The position numbers and the translations under genes are program-made. A stretch of DNA of 64,000 nt from Nitrospirota bacterium (GTDB taxonomy: Bacteria > Nitrospirota > UBA9217). Below are positions 50,763-62,400 of this stretch, piece by piece. The notes under the pieces were generated by a model that saw nothing but the letters and a program-made list of their open reading frames with translations, did not search any database and was not told the DNA's origin. The stretch spans positions 96,001-160,000 of the forward strand of contig CAVWHO010000021.1 in NCBI GenBank assembly GCA_963754875.1. The letters run 5' to 3'. Position 1 is the stretch's first letter; every line of letters begins with the position of its first letter.

Positions 50763-50817
50763 GCGTAGATAACTCCCTTTACATTTTCATTGATTGGGTT
50801 AATAGTACTATTCCCCG

Positions 50818-51789
50818 TCATATTACTTTATCGGGACAAAACCCGTAATTTTTTTTTGTGATCGTATCGGTGATCATTCCGGCAAGGGCGAGTGCACGCC
50901 GTCCGTCGCCGCCTGACACCAGAGGCCTTTCCCCGGATTGAACACTCCGTACGAAAGCATAAATTTCTTCGTTCAGCGTATCGCAGCGGTCCACAGAGAT
51001 GTCCTGGACTTCCAGTTCGGGAATCGCACCGCTTCCCCTGCGTGATACCGTCGCTTTCTGGGTCTGGTAGTCGGAAGCATACACGCCCTCGCTGTCGAAC
51101 ACACGGAGGATGCGCTTTTTTTCGTCTGATACCCTGCTTGCAGTAATATCTGCAACGCAGCCGTTCTGGAATACGATACGGGCAGTCGCAATATCGATCT
51201 CCGGAGTTATGACCGATGCGCCTGCTGCGCACAGTTCCTTCGGCTCTGAGCCGGCAAGGTCGGCGACGATATCGAGGTCATGGATCATGAGGTCCAGCAC
51301 TACATTCACGTCCGTGCAGCGAACGGTAAAGGGAGCGGCCCGCTCCGCCGTCATGTATCGCGGCGAGGAGATTCTGGACCTGATCGCGGCGACCGCGGGG
51401 TTGAACCGCTCGATATGTCCGACCTGAAGCACCAGCCCTTTGCGGGACGCAAGCCTGATAAGTTCATCAGCCTGATCGAGCGTGACGGTCATGGGTTTCT
51501 CGAGCAGGATATGGGTCCCTTGTTCGAGGAACAACTTTGCCACGCCGTAATGGAGCACGGTAGGCACGACGATGCTCACCGCATCGACCTGTCCCAGCAA
51601 TTCTTTGGGGTCATTGAAAGCACGGGTGTTCAGTTTTTTTGCGATCTCTGCGCAACGGCCGTGATCTGCATCAACGACACCGACAAGCGAGACATCCGGA
51701 TGTACGGCGTACTTTTCAGCATGAAACCGGCCAAGATACCCGACACCGATGATGCCGACTTTTACCTTACCCATTCGCTCGGTTCTCAC
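50818..51789 (-). CDS. gnnA: Gfo/Idh/MocA oxidoreductase, GnnA-like
   Basis: GVGYLGRFHA, LEKP, QVGHIERFNP, DLMIHDLD, TASRVS; between lpxI and lpxB. Confidence 0.75.
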   Translation of the reverse strand: MRTERMGKVKVGIIGVGYLGRFHAEKYAVHPDVSLVGVVDADHGRCAEIAKKLNTRAFNDPKELLGQVDAVSIVVPTVLHYGVAKLFLEQGTHILLEKPMTVTLDQADELIRLASRKGLVLQVGHIERFNPAVAAIRSRISSPRYMTAERAAPFTVRCTDVNVVLDLMIHDLDIVADLAGSEPKELCAAGASVITPEIDIATARIVFQNGCVADITASRVSDEKKRILRVFDSEGVYASDYQTQKATVSRRGSGAIPELEVQDISVDRCDTLNEEIYAFVRSVQSGERPLVSGGDGRRALALAGMITDTITKKNYGFCPDKVI

Positions 51790-52595
51790 TGGTTGGCAAC
51801 AGCGACAATAGCAATCCCTGACCGGTCCGCCTCTGCCGCAATCGCTTTTTGATCAAAAATGATGGTCTTTCCCGCCTCAATAGCCAGGCAGCTCGCTTTC
51901 ACTTCCTGCATCGTTTGAATGGTCTGCATCCCGACCGCAGGCAGATCGAACCGCAGGTCCTGCTGCGGTTTGCATATTTTTACGACGACCGCGCCCTGGC
52001 CGCAGAGACGTCCTCCGCGGCGGATGGCCTCGTCAGTCCCTTCTATTGCTTCCACGGCAAGTATGGCCTGGTCTTTCACGACAACGGTCTGGCCAATGTC
52101 CAGTTTGCCGATCTCCTTGGCCATATGCCAGCCGAACTCAATATCTTTCTGCTCATCCTTGGACGGTTTTCTCTTGGTCAAGACACCTGCGGACGTCAGC
52201 AGATTGTCGAGATAGAGCGTTGATTCACGAACGGTAATGCCCTCCGACTCCAGTTCCGCTGCCACGGCGCGGAGAATCGAATCGTCCTTTTTATAGAGCA
52301 TCCTGGCGAGAAGCGCTGCCCCGCGCAGGTCCGGCATCCCACCCTGAAACAGGCGGGTTTTTTTGATCCCGCCTGCCATTAAAACGTCGTGAACGCCTTG
52401 CTCCTTGAATACGGAAATGAGTTTGCCGAGCTGCCCGACCTTGATCCAGAAGATGTCGTCAACCCACTGTGCAAGCTCCGGAAGCGTTTCTCCTTCGTGG
52501 GCCACAGCGATGACCTGCAGCCCCTTCTCCTTTGCCGCACGCGCAAAAGCAATAGGAAATGTTCCGTTTCCGGCGATGAGACCAATCTTGTTCAT
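51786..52595 (-). CDS. lpxI: UDP-2,3-diacylglucosamine diphosphatase LpxI
   Basis: GLIAGNG.FP, DIGQTVVV, AVEAIEGTD, QDLRFDLP. Confidence 0.93.
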   Translation of the reverse strand: MNKIGLIAGNGTFPIAFARAAKEKGLQVIAVAHEGETLPELAQWVDDIFWIKVGQLGKLISVFKEQGVHDVLMAGGIKKTRLFQGGMPDLRGAALLARMLYKKDDSILRAVAAELESEGITVRESTLYLDNLLTSAGVLTKRKPSKDEQKDIEFGWHMAKEIGKLDIGQTVVVKDQAILAVEAIEGTDEAIRRGGRLCGQGAVVVKICKPQQDLRFDLPAVGMQTIQTMQEVKASCLAIEAGKTIIFDQKAIAAEADRSGIAIVAVANQ

Positions 52596-52677
52596 ACCAT
52601 ACCGTTCCGGATTTCGAACATGACTGCCGCCTAACTTCTCCCCCGGCATTTCGCATTCCGTAACCCGCCTTGCACTC

Positions 52678-53475
52678 CTACCGCGTAATTCCCCGTTTTG
52701 AAGTCCGAATAAAATCTACAAGATGGTTGACTTCCTGGGACCCGGCAAATTCCTCCAGCGTCCTGGTGATCGCTTCGTCCTGCGTCAATCCTGAACGGAA
52801 TATGATTTTATAAGCTTTCTTGAGCGTCATGATGGAATGTTCGCTGAATCCTTTCCGCTTAAGGCCTACAAGATTCAAACCATAAAGCTGTGCCCTGTTC
52901 CCCGCCGCGCTCACGTAGGGCGGAATATCCAGCGTTACCGCGGACTGGCCGCCGATAATAGCGTAGGCCCCAATCCTCGCAAACTGATGCACGGCAACGA
53001 TGCCACCGAGGATGGCATGATCACCGATGACAATGTGCCCGCCGAGAGCGACCGAATTTGCCATAATGATGCTATTGCCGAGTTTGCAGTCATGGGCCAC
53101 GTGGGAGTAAGCCATCAGAAAGTTCTTGTTCCCGATGACCGTTTTCCGGTCCTCTTTGGTCGTTGCCCGGTGAACCGTCGCGCACTCGCGGATCACGTTG
53201 TCGTCGCCGATCACCAGATACGTTTCTTCGTTCCGGTATCCGATGTCCTGGGGGGCCGTCCCGATGCTCGAAAACGGGAAAATGTGGTTGCGTTCGCCAA
53301 TGGTGGTCCAGCCCTCGATCAGGACGTGGGAAGCGATCTTCGTCTCCTTGCCAATGCTGACGTACTCGCCGATCACCGAATAAGGGCCGATCTCTACGCC
53401 ATCTGCAATTCGGGCATTTGGATGCACGATCGCCGTCGGATGTATATTCACCTTGTTCTCCAAAATGTTCTGCAT
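52678..53475 (-). CDS. lpxA: Acyl-ACP:UDP-GlcNAc(3N) acyltransferase
   Basis: IHPTAIV, hexapeptide repeats, PQD, HVAHDC, VHQF, GLN. Confidence 0.96.
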   Translation of the reverse strand: MQNILENKVNIHPTAIVHPNARIADGVEIGPYSVIGEYVSIGKETKIASHVLIEGWTTIGERNHIFPFSSIGTAPQDIGYRNEETYLVIGDDNVIRECATVHRATTKEDRKTVIGNKNFLMAYSHVAHDCKLGNSIIMANSVALGGHIVIGDHAILGGIVAVHQFARIGAYAIIGGQSAVTLDIPPYVSAAGNRAQLYGLNLVGLKRKGFSEHSIMTLKKAYKIIFRSGLTQDEAITRTLEEFAGSQEVNHLVDFIRTSKRGITR

Positions 53476-53477
53476 GC

Positions 53478-53915
53478 TTATTTATCCACGATCATTGCCA
53501 TCAATTCGGCTTCGGCAACGACCGCGCCGCTGACCAATGCCTGTGCCTTGAGACTCATGATATTGGAGCGCTGTTTGATCACATCAATCTCGAAACGCAG
53601 CTGATCGCCGGGAACAACAGGCTTGCGAAATTTGGCTTTATCAATGCTCATGAAATAGAGCACTTTACTCTTCACTTGCTCCGGAGGAACCGATTTCAAC
53701 GCCAGCACGCCTCCGGTCTGCGCCATGGCCTCGAGGATCAGCACTCCCGGCATGATTGGATGTCCTGGGAAATGGCCTTGGAAAAAAGGTTCATTCATCG
53801 TCACGTTCTTGATGCCAACCACCCGCTTTCCCAGTTCCATCTCAACAATTTTGTCAATCAATAAAAACGGATACCGGTGAGGAAGGGTATCCATTATTTC
53901 CTGAATCCCAATCAT
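53478..53915 (-). CDS. fabZ: 3-hydroxyacyl-ACP dehydratase
   Basis: [29 protein letters not shown]. Confidence 0.97.
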   Translation of the reverse strand: MIGIQEIMDTLPHRYPFLLIDKIVEMELGKRVVGIKNVTMNEPFFQGHFPGHPIMPGVLILEAMAQTGGVLALKSVPPEQVKSKVLYFMSIDKAKFRKPVVPGDQLRFEIDVIKQRSNIMSLKAQALVSGAVVAEAELMAMIVDK

Positions 53916-54958
53916 GCCTGTTCCCCCTTTGTCATGTCGGATATGCGTTCCTTGAGTTCTTTTATCTGTTTTTCAAGGTCGGCAATCGTTTTTTTGAGTT
54001 CCGGCAGTTTCGGCAGGACTGCTTGCACCTTGAGCCAATTCCTGAGTGGCATGGCATTGATACCGGCGATGATCTGCCCCGCAGGAACATCCTTGGTGAT
54101 CGCCGTCCCGCCGCCCGCCATCACGCCATTACCGATAGTCGTGTGATCGGCTACACCGGCCTGCCCGCCTAAAACCACGTAATTCCCGAGTGTGCTGCTT
54201 CCCGCCAGCCCGACTTGACCGGCAAGCAGGCAGTGTTCGCCGACCGTCACATTGTGCGCAACCTGGACCTGGTTGTCGATTTTTGTCCCTCTTTTTACTA
54301 CCGTGTTCCCAAGCGTTGCGCGGTCGATAGAACAATTAGCGCCGATCTCCACATCGTCCTCGATGATCACACCGCCGACCTGAGGGATTTTATGATGTCG
54401 GCCGCCGTCGGTCACGAACCCGAACCCGTCGCTGCCGATTGTCGTGCCCGCATGGATTATGACGCGCTTCCCGATCGCTACTTTTTCCCCGATGCTCACA
54501 TTGGGATAGATGACGGAATCGTCGTCGACAATCGAGCCTCTCCCGATATACACCCCGGGATACAATGTTACCCGGTCCCCGATTCTTGCCTCGTCGGCGA
54601 TCACGGCGCAGGGATGAAGGGAAAGGTCGGAGCCCATGACGACGTTGCGGCCGATTACCACCCGGTCGCTTATACCGGCGGCTTGGTACGGTTTTACGTA
54701 GAAAAGCTCAAGCACCCGAGCAAAGGCCAAACGGGGGTTTTTGACGCGCACCAAGGGCAGGCGCATCGCGGGGGCATCGAGAGGAACGAGCGCAGCTGCT
54801 GCGTGTGATTTTTCGAGGTCTTTGAGATACTGAGATCCGGCAACAAACGTCATCTGCCCTTCTCCTGCATCCTGAAGTCCCGCTGCACCAGTGATCTCGA
54901 CCTCTTCCGGACCAGACACCTCAGCGCCAAGTATTTTTGCCAGTTCCTTCAACTTCAT
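53912..54958 (-). CDS. lpxD: UDP-3-O-acylglucosamine N-acyltransferase
   Basis: IGSDGFGF, KIPQVG, IDRA, KIDNQVQVAHN. Confidence 0.96.
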   Translation of the reverse strand: MKLKELAKILGAEVSGPEEVEITGAAGLQDAGEGQMTFVAGSQYLKDLEKSHAAAALVPLDAPAMRLPLVRVKNPRLAFARVLELFYVKPYQAAGISDRVVIGRNVVMGSDLSLHPCAVIADEARIGDRVTLYPGVYIGRGSIVDDDSVIYPNVSIGEKVAIGKRVIIHAGTTIGSDGFGFVTDGGRHHKIPQVGGVIIEDDVEIGANCSIDRATLGNTVVKRGTKIDNQVQVAHNVTVGEHCLLAGQVGLAGSSTLGNYVVLGGQAGVADHTTIGNGVMAGGGTAITKDVPAGQIIAGINAMPLRNWLKVQAVLPKLPELKKTIADLEKQIKELKERISDMTKGEQA

Positions 54959-54994
54959 GACAATACCATTTCATCTAAAAGGTTTTCATCATTA

Positions 54995-55546
54995 CTACTT
55001 TTTCACATCTTCTTTTTTGTCCATTTCCGCGATCACTTTGCCGGTCAGATCGAGATCTTCATCTCCATACAGGACCGACGGGACCTCTGCCTTCGAAAGG
55101 ACGTTGATGGTCTTCGTCAGCACCAGAGAAACTTTTTCTTTTTTCGCTATGTTCTTGAGGACGACGACCATCTGCTGATTGAAGTCGCTGGAAAGTTCCT
55201 CGTTCTTCTTGCTGATTTCTCCGCTGAACTCTTCGCGCTTTTTCTGAAAATCATTGATCTTGCGGCTGATCGTTTCTTCTTTTTCCTTTTGTGCTTTGTC
55301 GTTCAGCAGCTTTGCCTGTTTTTGTTTCGCATAATCTTCCTGGAGTTTCTGGATCTCATCGGCGTCGATATCGAGGATCTTTTTCCGGCTTTCGTAATAC
55401 TCACGAACAATGCCCTGGTACTGCTTGCCGAGTTTGGTTTTATCAAACACCGACTGCGTATCGACGAAGGCAATTTTCTCGCTCGCTGCCATGACGCTCG
55501 TAGCCATGAGAAACAGTGCTGCAAAAAGAAATACTGTTTTTTTCAT
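54995..55546 (-). CDS. skp: Periplasmic chaperone Skp/OmpH
   Basis: Signal peptide, KIAFVD, coiled coil, DLTGKVI; between bamA and lpxD. Confidence 0.9.
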   Translation of the reverse strand: MKKTVFLFAALFLMATSVMAASEKIAFVDTQSVFDKTKLGKQYQGIVREYYESRKKILDIDADEIQKLQEDYAKQKQAKLLNDKAQKEKEETISRKINDFQKKREEFSGEISKKNEELSSDFNQQMVVVLKNIAKKEKVSLVLTKTINVLSKAEVPSVLYGDEDLDLTGKVIAEMDKKEDVKK

Positions 55547-55619
55547 CAGACCCCTCCTCACAATTTGGATGTTATATGGTGATACAACTCCTGCTCATCA
55601 TTCTGCAGTAGTGTACTTA

Positions 55620-57964
55620 TCAGAACATCGCTCCGATGGAAAACTCAAACTGGCTTGGCTGGTCCGTCGGCCGTTTCTTGACGATATAGCCCCATTCAAA
55701 CTTGAGCGGTCCTATAGGAGAAAGCCACCAGAATCCCCAACCGGTGGTCTGGCGAAGTTCGGAAAATCTCACGTTCTCGTACGAGTCGAATGCCTTTCCC
55801 ATATCATAGAATACTACGCCCTTGAGCCTGGCAGCCGGCACGATCGGAAAGCTGTATTCGAGATTAAAAATCATCTCTTTGGTTCCGCCGAGGGCATTCA
55901 ATTGAGAATCCTGGGGTCCTGCAGAACCGAATCGGAACCCTCGAACCGTCGTAGGGCCTCCTACATAGAACCGTTCGCCAACGGGAACGGGTTTGTCAAT
56001 GATGGATTCGACATACCCGTACCGTCCGCGGGCCATGATTACCGTGTCCCAAAACAGGGGGAAATACCAGGCTGAATCACCGACCGTCTTTAAAAAAGTT
56101 CGGGTCCCCTCCGAGCGGCCCCCCCGCGTATTCGACATAAACGCTGTTTTTCGAACCCGTCTTCGGATCAAGGTAGAAGTCGCGGGTATCTCTCGCCAGA
56201 CTCCAGGTGAGCGCACTCGTCGTAATGCGATCACCATAGCTATCGAGCTGCCGCTGAATGGTAAACGGCGCCGTCAGTGTAATATTGGAGACGAGCGAAC
56301 TGTCCAGGCTGTATCGAAGTGAAGTCGTTACATATTCACCGAAACTTTTCCCTGCTGACAGACCGACACCATTCGACGTGAGATCATACCCGTCATACTG
56401 CTGGGTCTGGTTATAGAGATCGATTTTGCCCCAGATAGGCTTGTCAAAAAGGTAGGGCTCCATAAAGCTCAGCACATAGAGGTTGCGCGTACCGGCCGCA
56501 CCCCACTGGAGTTTGAGTTTGAGAAGCTGGCCACGGCCGCCCAAGTTGCCCTGGGTGATTTCGGCTATGCCGACCAGTTTGTCGACCGAGCTGTACCCGC
56601 CGCCCAGGCTGAGCGTGCCGGTGAGCTTCTCCTTCACTTTCACATCGAGGTCCATGATCGGTTCCATCTGCCTGCGTTGAGGAACGATCTCGACGTTTTC
56701 GAAGAAGTTCAGGTTATTGAGCCGTTCATAGCTTCTCTTAAGCGCCTTTTTGTTGTACAGGTCTCCTTCTGCAAGCCTCATCTCGCGCCGGATCACTTTA
56801 TCCCTTGTCTTGCTGTTGCCCGATATATCAATCCTGCCGATCCTTACTTCGCCGCCTTCCTCGATGTCGATGGTAATGGCCACTGTTTTATTGCTCTGGT
56901 TAATATCGAAGAGCGGTACGACGTTTGCAAAGGGTCGCGCCAGACCGTCATAGCGATCGATGATATTATTGACGTCCTGCCGGAGGACATCGCGGCTGAA
57001 GATGTCTCCCTGTTTGAGCTTTACTTCCTTTTCCAGATCACCGGTGGAAATGATCTGATTGCCTTTGATTTTTACGGAACCGACCCGGAACTGTTCGCCT
57101 TCTTTGACATTGATGCGTATGACGAGTTCATTCTTCCGGGTAAAGGTCTTTTCGGGGCCCCAAAAATAACATTCACGAAACGTATACTGTTTCGGCACAA
57201 TCACCGGTTCATCAACCTGGACTTGGATGTATCCTTTGTTGTAATAAAGATTTTTTATGGTTTCCACATCTTCCCTGAGCTCTTCCGTCCGTAACGCGCC
57301 GCTGCGGCCGAGAAAGGAAAAGAACCAGTATTCCTGCGTTTTAAGCGGTTTTTTTATCTCTTCTGCGGAGAGTGCCTTATTGCCGATGATGATAATGTCG
57401 GCTATTTTCACCTTTTGACCTTCTTCAATATAGAAAACAACATTCCTGTCTCCGCTTTTCAGCTCATTGACTACAGGAACGACAACCGCATCGTAAAAAC
57501 CGGCATCCTGGTATTTAAGCCGTATTTTCTCGGCGGCTTCATTGATCAGTTGGATATTGAAGGCGGTCCTGGGAAGCAGGGTAAACCCCTCTTTCAGCTT
57601 TTCCGTGGTCAACTCATTATTGCCTTCGAAGGTAATTTCCGTGATAAGCGGCTTTTCTTTGACGGCAAAGATGACCTTAAGGCCGTTTTCAAATCCTTCG
57701 GTCTTCACCTGGACATCTTCAAAGTGGCCGAGTTGGTACAAGGCCTTGATGTCATCCTTGATCTGGGAAGGAGAAAATACTTCGCCCTCTCGCGTCTTGA
57801 TCTTTGCCAGGATCGTTGCGGTCTCGATCCTCTTGTTGCCCTGCACTTCGACCAGGGTGACCTTTATTTCTGTCTGCTGCACCGGGGATGGCGAAAAAAG
57901 AAAGCAGAAAAAATACGAGGACGCCCGAGAGCTGCAGCACGCTGTTTCTGCACGTTGATGACAC
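55620..57964 (-). CDS. bamA: Outer membrane protein assembly factor BamA; indels near 57880 and 56090, start approximate
   Basis: Five POTRA repeats, GNSKTRDKVIRRE, GGGYSS, VRGF, SPIGPL, C-terminal FSIGAMF. Confidence 0.93.
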
Positions 57965-58029
57965 CCTCCAAAATTCGGAATAAGAACGGAATACTATAGC
58001 ATGGCGCGGGGGAGGGTGTAAACAAAAAT

Positions 58030-59162
58030 TTAAACGGACAGCCTCGCCAAAGCCTCATTGCACAGCAAAACTCCTCGTTCAGTCAGCCTCGCATACCCGT
58101 CGTGAACACTTGAGCAAACCCGTGTCGCTGAGGGGTCCCAGGGTTGCCTCAAGCCGGCTGAAACAGCTGTCGCCAAACTCTTGCCGAAAACGGCGAAGGT
58201 CCACGCCGCGAGCAGTCCGCAGGCCTAGCAAAAGCCTTTCATGCGCCGATTGTTCCATTGTGAGAAATTCGCTACCCTCCATAACCGGCTGCCCATTCGC
58301 CAGCCGACGAGCGTATTCTGCATGATTTGAAATGGTAGTGAACCGCCGGCCAGCCACGAACGATGAGGCGCCGGGACCGAGGCCAAGGTACTCCCCCCGC
58401 TCCCAATAGTTCATGTTGTGGCGGCATTCGAAGGCCGGGTAGAGAAAAATTCGACAGTTCGTACCTGGAATACCCGGAGTCGTGTAATGTTGTAACTGTC
58501 TGTTCATACATCGTTGCAGTCACTTCATCGTCGGGCAGCGTGAGTTTCCCCGAATCGGCTTTTTGTTTGAACTCCGATCCTTCATCGAGCGAAAGACTGT
58601 ATGCGGATATATGTTCAGGGGCAAGCTCGATTGCTGCCGCCACCGTTTTCTCCCACTGTTTCCCGGACTGTCCGGGAACGCCATAGATAAGGTCAATGCC
58701 GATGTTGCGAAAGCCTACACTCCGAGCCAATCGAAAAGCATCGACAGCCTGCCCTGTGGTATGCGATCTGCCGAGCACTCTGCAGGACGTCATCGGAGAA
58801 GGACTGTATGCCCAGACTCAGCCGGTTTACGCCCAGTGCCTTCCAGAGCGAAAGATTCTGTTTTGTGACCGAATTCGGGTTCGCCTCGATGGTGAATTCG
58901 GCGTCGGCGACGAGCTCAAAATGATCCTTAATGGCGTTTATGCATCCTACAGCCTGTTCTCGTGAAAGGATCGATGGGGTCCCGCCGCCAATATAAACTG
59001 TTTGGAACACACGGCTGCGGAAATCGGCTTATACCCTGAAGCTTCTTTGTGCAACGCGGCTATGAAATTGTCTGCACTTTGCAGAGAATAGCGTGTTGAA
59101 TAAAAGCCACAGTACCGGCACTTTCTGACACAAAAAGGTATATGGATATAGAGGCTCAACAT
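58030..59162 (-). CDS. hemW: Radical SAM heme chaperone HemW; about 4 indels
   Basis: LYIHIPFCVRKCRYCGF, GGGTPS, EANP, DLIYGVPGQ, HISAYSL, YELSNF, HNMNYW, across four ORF fragments. Confidence 0.88.
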
Positions 59163-59250
59163 ATTGTTTTGTCAGTGATGAATTCTTGATAGCGATAACA
59201 AAGAATTCTCGTTGATGCAATTATGCAAGTCGAATGCCAGCGCAGGATGA

Positions 59251-59712
59251 TTACGGTCTTGGGGTGATATTGATGATGAGCGAGGATTCGTCACAATCCG
59301 GAAACTTGACGCAATTCAGGCAATCGGTCCATATTTTATGGGGCAATTCCTTTTTATCAACTTCTGTAAAACCGAGTTTCCGGAAAAATCCGTTCTGGTA
59401 GGTCAGCACAAACACCCGTTCCACCTGAAGCGTTTTCGCTTCGTCCAGACATTGACGAACCAAACTGTGGCCGATACCTCGCTTGATGCGGTCATGCCGT
59501 ACGGCAAGCGAGCGAATTTCCGCAAGCCCGTCCCAACTCACATGGAGGGAGCACACACCTACAAGGGCGCCGTCTTCAACGTACACATGAAAATCTCGCA
59601 GGTGTTCGTAGATATCATTCAGGGTACGCGGCAGCATCTGGCCCGTGTCTGCATACTGATTAATGAGTGTTTGGATGCCCTTTACGTCGGACAGCGTCGC
59701 TTTGCGGATCAT
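59251..59712 (-). CDS. Short GNAT N-acetyltransferase (stand-alone ArgA-like)
   Basis: IRKA, MLPR, LAEIRSLAV, VFVLTY, LPHKIWTDC..C.KFPDCDE. Confidence 0.85.
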   Translation of the reverse strand: MIRKATLSDVKGIQTLINQYADTGQMLPRTLNDIYEHLRDFHVYVEDGALVGVCSLHVSWDGLAEIRSLAVRHDRIKRGIGHSLVRQCLDEAKTLQVERVFVLTYQNGFFRKLGFTEVDKKELPHKIWTDCLNCVKFPDCDESSLIINITPRP

Positions 59713-59782
59713 AGTGAAAAACTACAATGTTACCGTGTCAATGTCAACAGAAAAGAGCTGTCTCAGGAAAAGCGTGATAGAT

Positions 59783-59809
59783 TCCCCACTTGACACAAAA
59801 GAGTGCGAA
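59783..59809. promoter_or_regulatory. Degenerate CIRCE-like (HrcA) element upstream of clpC
   Basis: TCCCCACTT-N9-GAGTGCGAA versus TTAGCACTC-N9-GAGTGCTAA (right arm 8/9, left arm 5/9). Confidence 0.35.
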
Positions 59810-59956
59810 ATGAGGGTGCCCGTCGCCACCGAGGATGTTTCTCCTTGAGCATCAGAAGGACAAATGTACTCTTGACTTTATCGTACAGATTGGAGTATAT
59901 TTTATTCAACAAGTGTAAACGCATTTCCGAGAATGTTTGAAGGCGGTTACGACGAT

Positions 59957-62400
59957 ATGATGTTCGAAAAATTCACTGAACGAGGAAGAAAAGTAATCGT
60001 TTATGCTCGCGAAGAGGCCGAGCGGCTTCAAAACGATTACCTGGGCACGGAGCATATCCTGCTCGGAACGCTTCGCGAAGAGGACGGTATTCCCGTCGCG
60101 GTGCTGAGGAAGATGGGCATCGATGTAGACCAGATCCGCATGGAGGTCGAACGAAACCTCCCCTCAAGCGGAAACACCCTCACCTTCGGCGACATTCCCT
60201 TTACTCCCCGCGCAAAAAAAGTCCTTGAATACGCAGTTGAAGAAGCCCGGCTCCTCGGGCACAATTATATCGGAAGCGAACACCTTCTCCTCGGACTTAT
60301 CCGTGAAGAAGAAGGGATCGGCGGCAAGATCCTTCGCAGTTTCGGCGTAAATCTGCTTGGTTCCCGCCAGCTGGTCATCAACTATCTGCGACGGGCAGCG
60401 ACCCAGGTCAGCGCAAAAAAGAGCCCTACTCCGGCCCTTGACGAGTTCAGCAGGGACCTCACGCAACTGGCAAAGAGCGGCAAACTGGATCCGGTCATCG
60501 GCCGGGAAAACGAAATCGATCGCGTTCTGCAGATCCTCTCCCGCAGGACGAAAAACAATCCCGTCATCATCGGTGAACCGGGCATCGGAAAAACCGCGAT
60601 CGTCGAGGGACTCGCGCAGCGGATCATTAACGGCGATATTCCCGAGAACATCATGAACCGGCGCGTGGTCTCCCTTGATCTGGGATCGCTGATCGCGGGG
60701 ACGAAATACCGCGGCCAGTTCGAAGAACGGCTCAAGATCGTCATGAAGGAGATCGTTCAGGCGGACAATATCATCCTGTTCATCGACGAACTTGCATACG
60801 CTGGTCGGCGCAGGAGCTGCCGAGGGATCAATCGACGCATCGAGCATGTTAAAACCGGCCTTGGCGCGGGGAGAAATCCAGTGCATCGGCGCAACAACGC
60901 TCGACGAGTTCAGAAAACATATCGAAAAGGACGGCGCGCTCAAGCGACGTTTCCAGCCGATCTATGTCCAGCCGCCGAGCCTCGACGAGACGATCAATAT
61001 CATCAAAGGCCTCCGGCCGAAATATGAATCTCACCACAAGATCAAGATCACCGATGAGGCGGTCTTAGCCGCGTCGCGTCTTTCCGACCGCTACATCACC
61101 GACCGGTTCCTCCCTGATAAGGCAATCGATGTGATCGATGAGGCCGGCGCAAAGGCAAAACTCAATCGGTATACCTACCCGACTGAGATGAAGTCCATCG
61201 AGAAAAAACTTAAGAAGCTGGAGCAGGAGAAGAACCTGTTCTCGCGCATCAAGGATTATGTCCGCGTCGAATCCATCCACGAGGAAGAAGACCGGCTGCG
61301 CGAAACTCTTGACGGCATTCACAAGGACTGGAAGGACAATCAGGAGAAGAACGTCCCGGTGGTCGGCGAAGAAGAAGTCGCCGTCGTCGTTTCCCACATT
61401 ACCGGCATCCCCCTCGCGCGGCTCGAAGAGCAAGAGGCTTCACGCCTGCTGCGCATGGAGGAGGATCTGCACAAACGGATCGTAGGCCAGAACGAGGCCA
61501 TCGATGCCGTGTCGCGGGCGATCCGCCGTTCGCGCGTGGGGCTCAAAACGCGCAAACAGCCGATTGGTTCGTTTATCTTTCTCGGACCCACCGGCGTCGG
61601 CAAAACCGAACTCGCACGATCTCTTGCAACATTTCTCTTTGACAGCGAAGATGCGCTCATCCGCGTTGATATGTCTGAATACATGGAAAAGTTCAGTTCT
61701 TCGCGGCTTGTCGGGTCGCCTCCCGGCTACGTCGGCTACGATGATGGCGGTCAACTGACGGAAAAGATCCGGCGGAGACCCTATTCGGTTGTCCTTTTTG
61801 ACGAAATCGAGAAGGCCCACCCCGATATTTTCAACATGCTGCTCCAGGTCCTTGATGACGGGTATATGACGGACAGCTTCGGCAGAAAAGTCGACTTCCG
61901 GAATACCGTCATTATCATGACGTCGAACCTCGGCGCCAGGATGATCGATAAAGACACCACGCTCGGCTTCCAGCAGGACAGCTCCAAGACGCAATATGAA
62001 AAAATGAAGGAAAATGTGATCTCGGAGCTGAAGAGGTCCTTCAATCCCGAGTTCTTGAACAGGATCGATGAAGTAGTCGTTTTCCACCCTCTGACGGACG
62101 ACCATCTCATTCAGATCGTCGATATGCTCGTCGCAGAGCTGAATGCCCAGATCATCAGTGACCGCAGCATCCAGCTGACGGTGACCCAGGAAGTAAAGGA
62201 ATGGCTTATTCGGGAAAACTTCCAGCCGACCTACGGCGCCAGACCCATGCGTCGTGCCATTCAGAAATATGTCGCTGATCCTCTTTCTGAAGATATTCTC
62301 CGAGGCAAGTTCAAGAATGTCCACCGGGTGACGGTAATTGCTCAAGAACGGCTCGGTGGAGTTCCAGGAAGAAGAAACGACCGTCCTGGCAAAAGTGTAA
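59957..62400 (+). CDS. clpC: ATP-dependent Clp protease ATPase ClpC; indels near 60790 and 62340
   Basis: [12 protein letters not shown], two Clp-N repeats, [36 protein letters not shown]. The true end is probably ...TTVLAKV* at 62400. Confidence 0.92.
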
